A stretch of 63,035 bases of DNA, filler included, from Lenisia limosa (taxonomy: Eukaryota; Protista; Breviatea): the NCBI GenBank assembly GCA_001655205.1. It is 7 parts of 7 records of this genome, joined end to end, with 100 filler letters (N's around TTAATTAATTAA, not from the genome) between each part and the next. Parts side by side here need not be neighbours in the genome. Positions count along the whole stretch, not along the records: positions 25,215 to 32,609 come from LPNZ01004367.1; positions 32,710 to 36,231 come from LPNZ01006538.1; 5 more parts are not named here. One strand, written 5' to 3'. How positions within the stretch are numbered: the stretch's first letter is position 1; every line of letters begins with the position of its first letter. Positions 25,240-36,331 of the stretch are shown here, one piece after another. The notes beneath the pieces are model-generated. The model saw only the letters and a list, made by a program, of their open reading frames with translations, had not been told where the DNA came from and ran no database searches. A program made the translations under genes and the position numbers.

Positions 25240-28200
25240 AACCTGTACACTGGAGTACTGACTGAACACAGTGAGAGCGACAACCACACTCAACTGCCGC
25301 GTGACTATCACCACTTCCCAGGCAACAAACGTGGGGTTGTATCTCGAGATCAGGAAGCCGGTTCTAGGGGGGTGAAGAGAGTCTCCAGTAACAGCGAGAT
25401 TTCAAATGGATAAAAGATACAATTTGGAAGGAAAAGAATGTCACCCCCCCCCCCCATCTATGATGCNNNNNNNNNNNNNNNNNNNNNNNNNNNNNNNNNN
25501 NNNNNNNNNNNNNNNNNNNNNNNNNNNNNNNNNNNNNNNNNNNNNNNNNNNNNNNNNNNNNNNNNNNNNNNNNNNNNNNNNNNNNNNNNNNNNNNNNNGA
25601 CTTTGCAAAGATCTTCTCCTCATAAACGTCCTCGGGCAGCAGTGTAGCCGCAGCGACGAGGACAGGGATGCCAGCCGCAACAAACAAGGCAACGACGATA
25701 GCGACTGGAAGGCCCTCCTCGTGCTCTCCAGACCAGCATTCAAGATCAGGATCAAGGTTCCACAACCACCTTCCATCCCTACATTGTCAAAGGTACGCCA
25801 ATGTTAGTGATTCATTTGCCTCTGTAAGCATTCCCCTCTCCCCTCTCACGATTTGTAGCTGCAGTTGAAGTAGTCTAGACTCTGCCAGCATAAGCCAAGG
25901 TATGACGCGACAATGAAAAGAAAGCCCGCTCGGATAGCGGCGTTATTCAGTACCGATGACGTTTCAATCTGGGGAGAGAGGGATTATGAGATAGAAGGAT
26001 GATGAAAAAAGTCTTTTAATAGACTTCACCAGGTTCAACAGGAGCACTCTGGTCCGCCATTTACGTTGCCACCCTTACCTTGAGTTGCCTTTCCAGCATC
26101 CCACCCTTACCTTGAGTTGCCTTGCCACCATAAGGATGAGAAAAAGAGACAGGCCAACAACAAGGGGAATAGTCTGTCGCGCCAGCCAGTATTGGTATGA
26201 AGACAACTAATCCGTCAGAGGCTTGACGGAAAAGACAGAATTCTTCAGAGAAATTCGGCCTTTTAGTAGCTACTATTAACCAAGTCAGTCAAACACCCAC
26301 AGCGTTGAAGAAAGAGCATTCGGGGGAAACACTCTGGAAGTTCAGCGTCAGGATGGAGAGAGCTGAGAAAATGGTGTTGAGCTCGGCAGGCCATGGCAGG
26401 TTGAATCTTCCGTATAGCGCTGTAATCTGGGGTATTAGTACTGTTGACCGGTAATAAGTAATAAAATAGGGCAATAAAGTAAGATCATTATGCCAACTTG
26501 GAGGAAAGAAATGACAGTTCGGATGCCGGCGAATTTAGTGTCCATTGTAGGTCGCATTGAGATGGCAAACAGCAAGACGAGCAGCAGGAAGAGGAACAGA
26601 ACAAAGAGCGGAAAGAACATCTCCTGGCTGCTGTGTAAGAAGGGTCCAAGCCAAATAACCAAGTGAGAAGGGTCCAAGCCAAATAACCAAGTGAGAAGGG
26701 TCCAAGCCAGATAACCAAGTGTCTAACCCCCCCACCCCTCGTACCTAACAGTGCACTCCTGACACTCGTCGTTCGACTGGTACCATCCGTTGCTGCACGT
26801 GGCACATAAATTGCCTTCGTAGCCGTCGGCACAGGTTCCGCCTTGGTTGTGAGTGCGGCTCAAGGATTATGCCTGGTAGTGTTCCTATGGATGATATCTA
26901 ACAATGATACCGTATTATCGACATCCATCAAACCAAGTAGGCACCCTCGGGACATGGGACACTCCAGGAAGACGCCGTTCACAGAACCCTCGTAATAGCC
27001 TTGTGACGGGACTGGTGTCGATGAACCGCCGGTGCAAGTGGCTCCCTGTACGGTAAGTTAAAGTTCCCTAATACGGTAAGCGATATTTCCTAATACGGTA
27101 AGTCAAAGTTGTCTCAGATACAAAATCGGATTAATTGATTGTTTTTTGACAGTTTTCAAGGATTGCATCAAATAACCGACACGAGAACATAGTATCCGAA
27201 GTTGGGCTTCACTTCGGTTTGAAAAATTCGATAATTTTCGAAGATTTATCGGAATTCAGTCTTTTTTCGAACCGAAGTGAAGGCATCTTAATTCCCTCGC
27301 ACTTCGGGGCAAGGAACACATTCGGAGTCGACCAAGGTGAAGTCATCGTCACACAGACAGAAGGCCTCGTTCGTGGCACCGATCATCGCATTTTCGCTAT
27401 TCAGAGGGCAAGTCGTGCATTCAGCAAGCCCAGGATCAGACCTAAAACCATCAACAGTCTGGGCTACAAGGTATGGGGTGAGGGGGTATCATGATCAGAA
27501 AGAACGACAATATCAAATCTGTCAAAATGGTCCGCACTCCACCCACTTGTAACTACCCGGCGAGCACAATACACACTCCACCGTTGAGGGGTCCAGTGCA
27601 GAGCCCGGGGCGCAGGTGCATTCTCCATCATACTTGTCAAATGTCGGCATGCATATGCAGGCACTGAGGGTTAAAGAGGGCAATATCAACGTATCCAAAC
27701 ACAACCACCTGAGAAAACGTCCCCAACCTTTCACTGGAGGACCCGGAGTGTTGGGTGGTGACATAGTCTCCAGGGCATGATGCGCATTGCGTGAAACCTG
27801 GCGCGTTGGCGTAGCGTCCAATGGGACACAAAGTACAAGGCAGATCGGAGGCTGCGGCCGCAGTACCAACAATGCACTCGCACACGCCGTCAACATCCAA
27901 AGTGTCGGCTCGGATATCCAGACAGGAGGCAACATTTATGCCGGCCTGAGGGGATTAGCGTCGGGTTTTAAGGCTAGTACCCCAAGAGACAACCCTTCTC
28001 CCCCACGAGAACAAGAGGCGTTTTGACGTTGAAGGCCGAAAACTCGATCTAAAAGGTTAGCATGGGACAATATCAATATGAAGAAAAGGTAAACATGCGA
28101 CAATATAAAGATAAGCAAAGAGAAAGGTGAATATAAGACAATATTAAAATCTAAAAGGTGGGCACGGGGCAATATTAAGATGAGCAAAGAGACAAGTGAG

Positions 28201-31200
28201 AATGGGGCAATATTAAGATGAGCAAAGAGAAAGGTGAGCACGGGGCAATATTAAGATGAGCAAAGAGAGAGCGACAACAGTATAACGCCTACACTGTAGG
28301 TGGCGTCTTGCAGTCCCTCGAAAATGAGACTGTCGAATACGGCCCTGCCATCCGAGTCTGTCTCCACGTTCACTCCGGAGGCGGGTGTGGAGTCGGCCTA
28401 AAGGGGTAAAACGAATGAAATTTCGATGAAGAATATTGGCGTAAAGGTACTAATCACGAACCGAATAATCTGAAACNNNNNNNNNNNNNNNNNNNNNNNN
28501 NNNNNNNNNNNNNNNNNNNNNNNNNNNNNNNNNNNNNNNNNNNNNNNNNNNNNNNNNNNNNNNNNNNNNNNNNNNNNNNNNNNNNNNNNNNNNNNNNNNN
28601 NNNNNNNNNNNNNNNNNNNNNNNNNNNNNNNNNNNNNNNNNNNNNNNNNNNNNTAAATTTTGATCATAAAAATAAAAAAAAATAAAAAGATCCTCCACTG
28701 GCATACCCTTCGGTGCAGTGAACGGTCTTGAGTATTCCGAGTTTCCTTCTCCCTGCTGGTGTTGATTGGAATGTGTCGAGCATACGCCAAAGCGTTCAAG
28801 GTGGCTTCAGTTGGTTCAAAGGGAACCTAGGGGATCAAACAAGTAGAAATAGGGCAAATCTGCAACCCAAATAGCCACTAACGTCGAAAGGATCATCATT
28901 GGTAAATCCTTCAGGTGCTTCAACAAAGTAGGGAACCTGTTTTCCCTCATTTGCAAAGACAACCAGCTCCTCGTATGCGGGGTGGGGAGCAGGCTAAAGA
29001 GGTGAAATGTTTAGGGAAAAGACGCATCAACAGTTTAAGATTGTATGGCCTTCGATGCTTCTAATTCCAGATATCCAACGTCATTCGTCACCCCCCCCCC
29101 ATCTCTCACGCCCGGAATCGCACCTCAGGCACAACAGCAGCAACGGCAGGGGCCACCACGTCGTTCATGACCCATTCAGCGTCCCGTCGGCCTCCCTCGG
29201 CCATGACCGTGGCCGTCACTACCACTCCAGACATCGGAAGCGGCTCGGATGTCGCCGATAACAGCTGTGAGGTGATCTCAGATGTGTAGAATTACAAACA
29301 TAAGGTAGTATCAAGCGGAATTTCGACTATCACGTACTGAGAGTTAAATATGCGTAGCAATGAGAAATACAAAACAAGGTTGTTTCTAACCGAAGCCGTC
29401 CACACCATCATGCTATGATATCATAAAGAGACAGGCGTTCCTTGGACTAACCCCATCCACCCACTTGGATTTCGATTGCGGGTTCCAGCGCCTTCAGATT
29501 GTACGTGGTGCTTGGTGCTGTGGAGTTGAGCCGCAGCCCCATGTCTCCAATAACCTGGGGGGTTACGAAAGGTGAACATGTGAGAGAGAAACTAATAGAA
29601 GCAGAGAAAAAGAGCCACATGATCTAAAGATCTGTAACCCTGCAAAATACCCCCCCCCCGGCCGCCTACCGATACAAAGAAGTCCTCATTATACTGACCA
29701 GGCCACACGGCAAGGGTTATTGCGATTTGATAATCCGGCACGGATGCAGGTACAGCGCACCGACAGACTGATGTTGAGTAGAACACTACGGTCGCGCAGC
29801 TAGGGGGGGGGGTAACCAAATTGAATATTTTTATGAGCTTAAAGCAGGTCTCCAAATAAGAATCATTATGTAATCTTAACCGAGCCTCAAATCCAAATTT
29901 CCATTTCCTTTTGTTTGTTCAATTATTTAATAAATGTAAAGTGATATAAGAAAATGAAGAGGGCTACATTGAATCATGCAGTGAAATCCTGCTTGAGGCA
30001 TGTGATGGATGTTCTTTTACTATTAGAAAGCACACACCCTTGTATTTACTCATGGAACAAGGTTTATCAAGCTCTAACTGCGCGATTTGGCTATGTTTAT
30101 GACAAAACCCCAAATCTATGGTCAAAAATTGCCAAAATCTAACTCCCTCCAAGCCCCATATCCATAGAAAAAACCTTACACTCCGAGGTTTCATTTAAGC
30201 ACCCCAGACTCCAGTCCCCAGACCTGCCAGCAATACAGCACTCCATATCAGTCCCCAGACCTGCTAGCAACACAGCATTCCATATTGGGTCGGAAGTTGA
30301 CCCCGCTGATGATGACGGAATTCGGCAGGTTGTTTTGGTCCAGAGATGCCGGGGTGACTGACGTGATGGACGGCCTGGGGGAGGGGGGTAAAACGAGGAA
30401 ATTTCGATGAAGAATATTGGCGTAAAGGTACAAACGGGGCAATTCTTGCAGTATATTACTCCAAACATCACCCTCATAGCGACAACACCATGATATATTG
30501 TTGGAAGACTTATATAAAGAATCCCACCTTGGCTTGATATTAACCTGGATTTTAGTGCCGCACGGGGCCTCCGTGCCGGGGAGATGGGCGTCACAGTCAG
30601 TGGTCGAGCTCCAGTGTGACGTGTATTTGTTGCCGCTAATGGAGGCGTAGATGTAGTAATCGTCCTCAGGCAAGTCCGGAACTGCAAATGGTCAATATGG
30701 CCATGATTTAGACCCCCCAGATATATTCAATATGGCCATGATTTAGACCCCCCAGATATATTCAATATGGCCTTGAATAGACCCACCAGTTATAGTCATG
30801 CCCATTCTGTCGGGATCCACTGTTGCTTTGGCTGAAATGCTGTAGCCGCCTCCCTGCATAGTCAGTACAAACTGCAACAAAATGGATGGACAAACTGCAA
30901 CAAAATGGATTATAAAAGGATGCAACAAACTCCCTCGCCAACGGAGAAGTAGATAGAAGATGCACCGGCCTTCTCATTGATGAACGTAGTGTCAACGTGC
31001 AGCTGCATGCCGGACGTTATGTCCAGTGCTGTCGTGTTCTTGAAGTCGATGACGTACACCACATCCACGTCACCAATCTTGTAGCGCGAACCCCCAGTGT
31101 ACAACTGAATCGTGAAGGAGTACACCTATACATATAACAATCCATTCAAGTGCTAGGAATAAACTGTCCTACTGTTTTAGAGAGTGAAAGTCCTCATCAC

Positions 31201-32572
31201 TCACATAAAGAGTGGTGTATGAGAGTTAAAGTCCTCATCACTCACATAAAGTGTGGTGTATGAGAGTTAAAGTCCTCATCACTCACATAAAGTGTGGTGT
31301 TAGCAGCGTGTTTGTAGTTAATGAGAGCAATTGCGTAGAAATCTGAAATGCCCTTATACACTGGGAGATTGACCTACGCAGATTAGGAATTTACAGAGAA
31401 TTTTAAGGGTGTTTCAAAACAGCTTATCCCACGTGAAGGAGCTTGGTAAATAATACCATAGAAGAAGAAACATGATGAGAACATATGCTCATAAAATAGT
31501 CATGCTAAAACAAGCAAGGAAATGCAAAGAAGGCCGCGCACAGTGTAGGATTTTGGCTCGTCCGTGATGGTATCATAAAGTGCAAAATAGAGGAACTGAT
31601 CCGTGATCCACTCCAGGGTAATCTCAACCCTCAGGATAATGGAGGTCTTGGCTATCGTCCAAATGTCCCGGAGAGGCGAAGGGAAGGTCTGCTCAAAAGG
31701 CGAGTCTGAGGTGGGGGGGGGGGGGNNNNNNNNNNACAAGAGCTTAAAACAACAATCCAACCCCACAACCGCAGGTCAGCAGCTTACTTTGGAGCCCGAA
31801 GAGCATTTCCTCGTAGGTTTCGACTAACGTGACTGAAGGAAGGTCCTCAATGATTGACGAGTGATGTGTGGTCAAAACAATCTTGTGCGTGATGTCTGAG
31901 GGGGGGGGGGGNNNNNNNNNNNNNNNNNNNNNNNNNNNNNNNNNNNNNNNNNNNNNNNNNNNNNNNNNNNNNNNNNNNNNNNNNNNNNNNNNNNNNNNNN
32001 NNNNNNNNNNNNNNNNNNNNNNNNNNNNNNNNNNNNNNNNNNNNAATAGCATCTGATATGATATGAGAAATGTAATAAAACAGAAACACATGAGGTAGCT
32101 TATCAGAAAACAGGAACACATGATGGTTCTCAAACCAATCATCGCAACAGCTTACCAAACAGCAAATCTCCATTGTCCACTAGAAGGGTAAAAATGGAGA
32201 TTGGTCTGACAAAACACGGGCCAAGTTGGTATAACACTTACCACAAGCTTTGTTGCTATTGGAGTTGTCAAGAGGCCCGTTGGACTGACAGATGCTTTGT
32301 CCAAAGTGTTCACCTGAATGGTCAGCAGGTGAAATAGTCAAGGTAATAGGATGTCCCTAATATGGCTGATCGTCTTCACAGCAATAGTACCCCATCACGC
32401 CAAACCTTCAACAGTGCAATAGTACCCCATCACGCCAAACCTTCAACAGTGCAATAGTACCCCATCACGCTAAACCTTCAACAGTGCAATAGTACCCCAT
32501 CACGCCAAACCTTCAACAGTGCAATAGTCGCCGATGGGATACGGTATGCCATTCATCTTCGGAATCCATCGC
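25240..32572 (-). CDS. Large cell-surface protein: IPT/TIG-like domain, GCC2_GCC3/ephrin-receptor-like Cys repeats and C-terminal multi-pass TM domain; both ends truncated
   Basis: RPSITSVTPASLDQ..VIISGVNF (TIG-like); CTLCPIGRYANAPGFTQCASCP, CVLCSPGSYK, CTTCPLNSE, GATCTGG..GYY..FLECP; TM exons FFPLFVLFLFLLLVLLFA, FNLPWPAELNTIFSALSIL, LDPDLECWSGEH, GFLISRYNPTFVAWEVVIVTRQL. Confidence 0.8.
26069..26123 (-). repeat. Direct duplication (period 32) containing a GTAAG donor
   Basis: CCACCCTTACCTTGAGTTGCCTT twice. Confidence 0.85.
26638..26720. repeat. 28-bp tandem repeat x3, intronic, next to an acceptor
   Basis: AAGGGTCCAAGCCAAATAACCAAGTGAG. Confidence 0.9.
27202..27286. mobile_element. MITE family A
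   Basis: GGGCTTCACTTCGGTTTG..CGAACCGAAGTGAAG. Confidence 0.75.
28170..28270. repeat. Imperfect ~40-bp tandem repeat x3, intronic
   Basis: GGGGCAATATTAAGATGAGCAAAGAGA. Confidence 0.8.
29357..29413 (+). repeat. Unclassified dispersed repeat K (about 60 bp, about 9 full or partial copies)
   Basis: GCAATGAGAAATA..AACAAGGTTGT.TCT..CCGAAGCCGTCCACACCATCA.GC. Confidence 0.7.
30212..30285 (-). repeat. 37-bp tandem repeat x2 spanning a donor site
   Basis: CAGTCCCCAGACCTGC(C/T)AGCAA(T/C)ACAGCA(C/T)TCCATAT. Confidence 0.85.
30375..30435 (-). repeat. Intron-associated repeat subfamily J at an acceptor; also 28398-28460 (-) and 8722-8782 (+)
   Basis: GTACCTTTACGCCAATATTCTTCATCGAAATTTCCTCGTTTTACCCCCTCCCCCAG. 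Confidence 0.75.
30693..30772. repeat. 35-bp tandem repeat x2.3
   Basis: CAATATGGCCATGATTTAGACCCCCCAGATATATT. Confidence 0.9.
31180..31300 (-). repeat. 41-bp tandem repeat x3 spanning a donor site
   Basis: GAGAGTTAAAGTCCTCATCACTCACATAAAGTGTGGTGTAT. Confidence 0.9.
32381..32528 (-). repeat. 35-bp tandem repeat x4 spanning a donor site
   Basis: GCAATAGTACCCCATCACGCCAAACCTTCAACAGT. Confidence 0.9.
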
Positions 32573-32709
32573 CACTATAAAGATCAGATAAATTCATCCC
32601 TCACCCCCTNNNNNNNNNNNNNNNNNNNNNNNNNNNNNNNNNNNNNNNNNNNNTTAATTAATTAANNNNNNNNNNNNNNNNNNNNNNNNNNNNNNNNNNN
32701 NNNNNNNNN

Positions 32710-35700
32710 AGCGTATGCAGCACCGCATCCCACCACTCCAGCGTATGCAGCACCGCATCCCACCACTCCGGCGGCGGTGGGCAAATGGGTATCATACAAT
32801 AAACCGCAACAAAACGTCAATTTGCTCCATTTTGAGACGCTGATGTGATCATGGAGGCTTACCGCCAGAGTTGTAGTTGACGTCTACACGCGAGAACAGG
32901 AGTTCGACTCTCAAGCGTTCTTCAGTGGTGTGTTTGATGTAGGAGGGTGGCGCTCCGTTGAACTGATAATATTAACATGAGTGCAGCAGAGATGATGGTT
33001 AACATGGGTGCAGCAGAGATGACAGTGAACATGAGTGCAGCAGAGAAGATGGTTAACATGGGTGCTGAATGCACGGCTTATACTTGGGGCCAATAGAGGT
33101 CCACCCCCTGTATACTGGTGAATAGGCCCTATGCTACGTTCAAATCAACACAGTTACAGGTTCTTTATGGGTATAAAAGGAGGTCTGTCCACGCCATCAC
33201 GGGAAGAGATACTGGTTGACTCACCCTGCCATTGATGTTGTGGTTGGCGTAAGCATTGGCGTCGGCAAGGTCCTGGAAGACCATCTGTCTCTCGGAGGCG
33301 TAGTCGTAGAGCTGCGAGCTGCCATCGAACTGGTTCTAGGTGTGTTATGAGTGTATTTTGTAGATCAAACAGTGACAGAAGGGCGCCAGCCAACCTGCTT
33401 GATGACCATCTTGTCGTGGTAGATCACACCCATGCGACCAACTCCAGGGATGACTGAAAATGAGTTGCAATAAAGGAAAATGAGCTAACAACCATCATAA
33501 TACTCCTATCAGTTCCATAGCAAGCAGGACAACCATCATAATACTCCTGTCAGTTCCATAGCAAGCAGGACAACCATCATAATACTCCTGTCAGTTCCAT
33601 AGCAAGCAGGACAACCATCATAATACTCCTGTCAGTTCCATAACAAGCAGGACAACCATCATAATACTCCTGTCAGTTCCATAACAAGCAGGACAACCAT
33701 CATAATACTCCTGTCAGCCCCATAGTATGCGCGCACTTTCGGAAGGATTGTCAACCTCAAGTCCGCCAAAGCCGCCAGGAATTGTGGTGGAGCGGGGGTG
33801 CTTCGAGAGAATAACCTAAGATATTAAGGATGTTTGGAAAGAAAAACCTCACATATCGGTCATGGTCTTTTGTCGAGTACTGTAAAGCTCCCCCCCCCCC
33901 ACCGGGTCCTCCCAGTTGGACACCACAAAGTGGAAGCGGTTGGCCATGAGGCGGAAGTCGGCAATGTCCCATCCGTCGGAAAGAAGGGGGTATCTGTAGT
34001 CCGCAACACCGTTTGTGGTCTGGGGGGGAGTGAAATTGGAATAATTTTGAAACAAAAAGCCCAAATTAACTCTGNNNNNNNNNNNNNNNNNNNNNNNNNN
34101 NNNNNNNNNNNNNNNNNNNNNNNNNNNNNNNNNNNNNNNNNNNNNNNNNNNNNNNNNNNNNNNNNNNNNNNNNNNNNNNNNNNNNNNNNNNNNNNNNNNN
34201 NNNNNNNCTGCAATCAGGGCTTAACACTCGATGAACGTAAGGTTGAAAAAAGGAAGCAGCAAAAGCAAAATAGCAATCCCGCACCTGCTTGTAGTATTCG
34301 AAGTCGAAGTAGATTGGGGCGGTGAAGCGTCTGGGGTCACAACCGTCCATGATGGGGCTAATAAGGGGGACTATTTCAACATGCGTGATGTTGTAGGCTG
34401 CGGTTTCTTCCTACGCGGGTTATTGCCTCTATTAAGCGTGATGGTGTGGACGGCTTCGCCCAGATACAACCTTATTTCTCATTGCTATATATGTTATTGC
34501 TGGGATGCTTATTATCAATTAATGCCTTTGATTTTCATTGAGTGTTCTCAAAAGAGCTTCCAACCCCCCCATCAAAAGTCCAAAACAGCCAGAAGAACCC
34601 ACGATATTTTCAGCATAGGTGGCAATTTTGACCTCATCACCATCGGCGTCAAGTTTCAGACTGAATAATTAGCGTGAGGACCTTGGAATGGCTTCAAGTA
34701 TCAGTAGTAATAATGAGAACCCGCATCCAACTTAGTTTTGGAAGGCTTCAGGCCGGGCACCAGGACGGAAGAGAAGAGGACGTCATATACAACGGGCTCG
34801 GAAAAGAGGCGGCGCGGGGTGGAGGAGCCCGTACTGGGTGCCACGAAGGTGATGTCTGTAGACAGGAGCGCAAGACCGTTTTTCAGGGTATTGCTTCCGT
34901 CAACGTTGATCTGGACAGTTAAAGGATTGAATATGGACAAGAGTGCTTGGTCACAAAAAAACTGGGTTACTCCACAACTCCCCCGTCCCCATGAAATAGA
35001 CAAACATCAAGTAACACAATTTCAAGCTTCAGACTCACAAGGAAGTCAAAAGAGAGTTGTTGACCCGAGGCAAGGCTCTGCGTTCCGGCCATACACTCGT
35101 ATCTACAGTGTCAAGAACTGTGTTGTACCCACAATGCTGGGCTAAAAGTAGGCTTCACTTCGGTTTGAAAAAAAAGACTGAATTTTTCGATAAATCTTCG
35201 GAAACTATCGATATTTTACCAATCTTTTTTGAACCGAAGTGAAACCTTAGCTAAAAGGCAACAGTATCACCGCGTTTGGAAAGAACCTCACCATCCTCCA
35301 ACCTGTTGTCAGCATCAAGATAAGACGAAGGCGGGCTCTCGCCATTATCGACCTTGGAGCAGCCAGGGGGAGTGACGTGGAAGGTGCAGCCGTCACAGAG
35401 GAAAACTACGTAGGAGTTGATCGTGATTGTTTGGTCGTCAAGGTTGACAGCACGGCTTCTAACCTGGGGGGTGAGGCGGGCTTTTAACCTGGGGGGTACT
35501 ATGAAGCTAGGCTATTATTGTGTTTTGAATGCAAAATAAGAGGAATAATACAAGAGGGATGAAATAGTAGAGGGGGTAACGGCTTATGGGAGCTAAGATA
35601 GTATGGTTTGTGGAAGACCAGAATTATTTCAAAAAAAGAGAGCTGAGACAGGAGGTCAACACCATCATTAAAAGAGAGCGGAGACAGGTATCATTATAAG

Positions 35701-36160
35701 AGAATCTTCCGCTGATGACCGACGTTCATTTGGATGCCTTCACGGGCCGGGGCGTATTCATAGTCAAAGTCCAGGGTGTTCTGCACCCAAAGCGGCTCCA
35801 AGGATGCGGCAACATAGGCGTTTTGGACGTAGTTGTAGTACGATGATGAGCTGGGGGGGGGGGGNNNNNNNNNNNNNNNNNNNNNNNNNNNNNNNNNNNN
35901 NNNNNNNNNNNNNNNNNNNNNNNNNNNNNNNNNNNNNNNNNNNNNNNNNNNNNNNNNNNNNNNNNNNNNNNNNNNNNNNNNNNNNNNNNNNNNNGTATCT
36001 TCTAAACTATTACGTTTAAAGGGAGTAGGACACACTATGATGACCCACTATGCAGCATCGGTGGCAGTGTAGATGACCTTGCCACTTCCGTAGTTGGAGT
36101 ACATGAGAAAAGGAACATCGAAGGAGTCAGCAAGAGGTGTGTCATTGAGAACTCCTAGCT
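32710..36160 (-). CDS. Unknown multi-exon protein, probably secreted, both ends truncated
   Basis: Exons FDVPFLMYSNYGSGKVIYTATDAA, YYNYVQNAYVAASLEPLW, VFLCDGCTFHVTPPGC, DYRYPLLSDGWDIADFRLMANRFHFVVSNWED, NQFDGSSQLYDYASERQ; several preceded by CCCCCAG acceptors. Confidence 0.6.
32973..33065. repeat. Imperfect 27-bp tandem repeat x3-4, intronic
   Basis: AACATG(A/G)GTGCAGCAGAGATGATGGTT. Confidence 0.8.
33489..33716. repeat. 41-bp tandem repeat x5.6
   Basis: CAACCATCATAATACTCCTGTCAGTTCCATA(G/A)CAAGCAGGA. Confidence 0.92.
35149..35249. mobile_element. hAT-type MITE family A, reference copy
   Basis: TIR TAGG(G)CTTCACTTCGGTT..AACCGAAGTGAA(G)CC(C)TA; perfect 8-bp TSD GCTAAAAG. Confidence 0.85.
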
Positions 36161-36331
36161 GGAGTGAAGGGAATTTCTGAATATGAGTGTATCTCCCCAA
36201 CATAATACAGTGCTCTGCACTTGAGCCCCCCNNNNNNNNNNNNNNNNNNNNNNNNNNNNNNNNNNNNNNNNNNNNTTAATTAATTAANNNNNNNNNNNNN
36301 NNNNNNNNNNNNNNNNNNNNNNNNNNNNNNN

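Noticed and set aside
30693-30772. 35-bp repeat as donor-spanning
   Set aside because: Phase matching favours the upstream GTGGGT donor near 30787, leaving the repeat wholly intronic.
33489-33716. 41-bp (and the other 27-41-bp) repeat arrays as CRISPR arrays
   Set aside because: Units are head-to-tail with no unique spacers, there are no cas genes, and the context is eukaryotic introns.
33489-33740. 41-bp array as a further donor-spanning duplication
   Set aside because: The exon frame and true donor could not be fixed; a GTGCGC donor about 20 nt earlier fits equally well.
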